This document shows positions 37,939-38,391 of a DNA stretch of 38,391 bases, one piece after another. The translations under genes were made by a program, and so were the position numbers. How positions within the stretch are numbered: position 1 is the stretch's first letter; every line of letters begins with the position of its first letter. The notes beneath the pieces were generated by a model, which did no database searches, was not told the origin of the DNA, and was given only the letters and a program-made list of their open reading frames with translations. Source of the stretch: an uncultured Hyphomicrobiales bacterium. Lineage in GTDB: Bacteria > Pseudomonadota > Alphaproteobacteria > Rhizobiales > BM303. The stretch lies in the NCBI GenBank assembly GCA_964542565.1, contig CAZIVB010000001.1:1-38391 (forward strand). The letters run 5' to 3'.

Positions 37939-38391
37939 TTAAAAAGGTCTCACAATGACCAAAATCACAATCGCAATCATGAGCAATGTCGGAATTTCGT
38001 TTATATAACGGAAAAACTTTTCCGAATGTCGATTCATATTTTCTTGAAATAATGAAACTTGTCTTCCAAGATAAAAATGGAATATTGTAATCAAAACAAC
38101 CAGAACAATCTTGATATGAAACCAGATATCTGTTTGAAAATCTATAATACCCGGAGTAAATAAGCATAATGATCCAAAAAACCACATTAAATATAATGCT
38201 GGTTGCATAATATAATTATATAATTTATATTCCATTATTTTAAATTTATCACTGGATAATTCAGTATTATCTTTTTGACTGTGATAAACAAATAATCTTG
38301 GAAGATAAAAAATACCAGACATCCATGCAATCATGCTTATGACATGCAATGCCTTTGTCCAGGGATATAATTCACTGAGAAAATCAAACAT
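37939..38391 (-). CDS. hemJ: Protoporphyrinogen IX oxidase HemJ (UPF0093/CopD-like membrane protein)
   Basis: 150 aa with KALHVISMIAWMSGIFYLPRLFVYH, the HemJ signature. The ATG occupies the last three bases of the window, so the ORF appears complete. The gene is very AT-rich. Confidence 0.85.
   Translation of the reverse strand: MFDFLSELYPWTKALHVISMIAWMSGIFYLPRLFVYHSQKDNTELSSDKFKIMEYKLYNYIMQPALYLMWFFGSLCLFTPGIIDFQTDIWFHIKIVLVVLITIFHFYLGRQVSLFQENMNRHSEKFFRYINEIPTLLMIAIVILVIVRPF

Overview
The window looks like an origin-proximal piece of an alphaproteobacterial chromosome. It is densely packed with conserved housekeeping genes, and I support about 38 CDS. In order they are: atpA(3' end)-atpG-atpD-atpC; a ferritin-like di-iron protein; rppH; a block of YibQ-type deacetylase, ctpA, envC-like, rlmH and rsfS; ispG coupled to znuCB; a BI-1 family protein; fetAB-thpR; an LMW phosphotyrosine phosphatase; dapF-mtaB-ftsY; ppa; an Lpd-like flavoprotein divergent from trxC; an SNase-like nuclease; a class-V aminotransferase; DUF3576-leuS-lptE-holA; parB-parA-rsmG-mnmG-mnmE; a dienelactone-hydrolase-fold protein; rho; and hemJ. 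I recognised no rRNA, tRNA, CRISPR array, transposase, integrase or phage gene. I also found no convincing multi-gene novel system such as a defence island, toxin-antitoxin pair or biosynthetic cluster. The unusual signals are smaller in scale:
- A roughly 105-nt two-hairpin palindromic repeat family has one copy between atpD and atpC, one copy read in frame inside the di-iron protein CDS (like a Rickettsia palindromic element), and one degenerate copy.
- hemJ at the right edge is about 29% G+C, against 40-60% in neighbouring samples.
- The dienelactone-hydrolase homologue appears to have all three catalytic-triad residues replaced.
- The YibQ-like protein carries a 15-bp in-frame tandem repeat.
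- Two perfect parS sites are present.
- Several unexplained inverted repeats lie in promoter regions.

All calls come from reading the translated ORFs and the sequence by eye. No database search was run.
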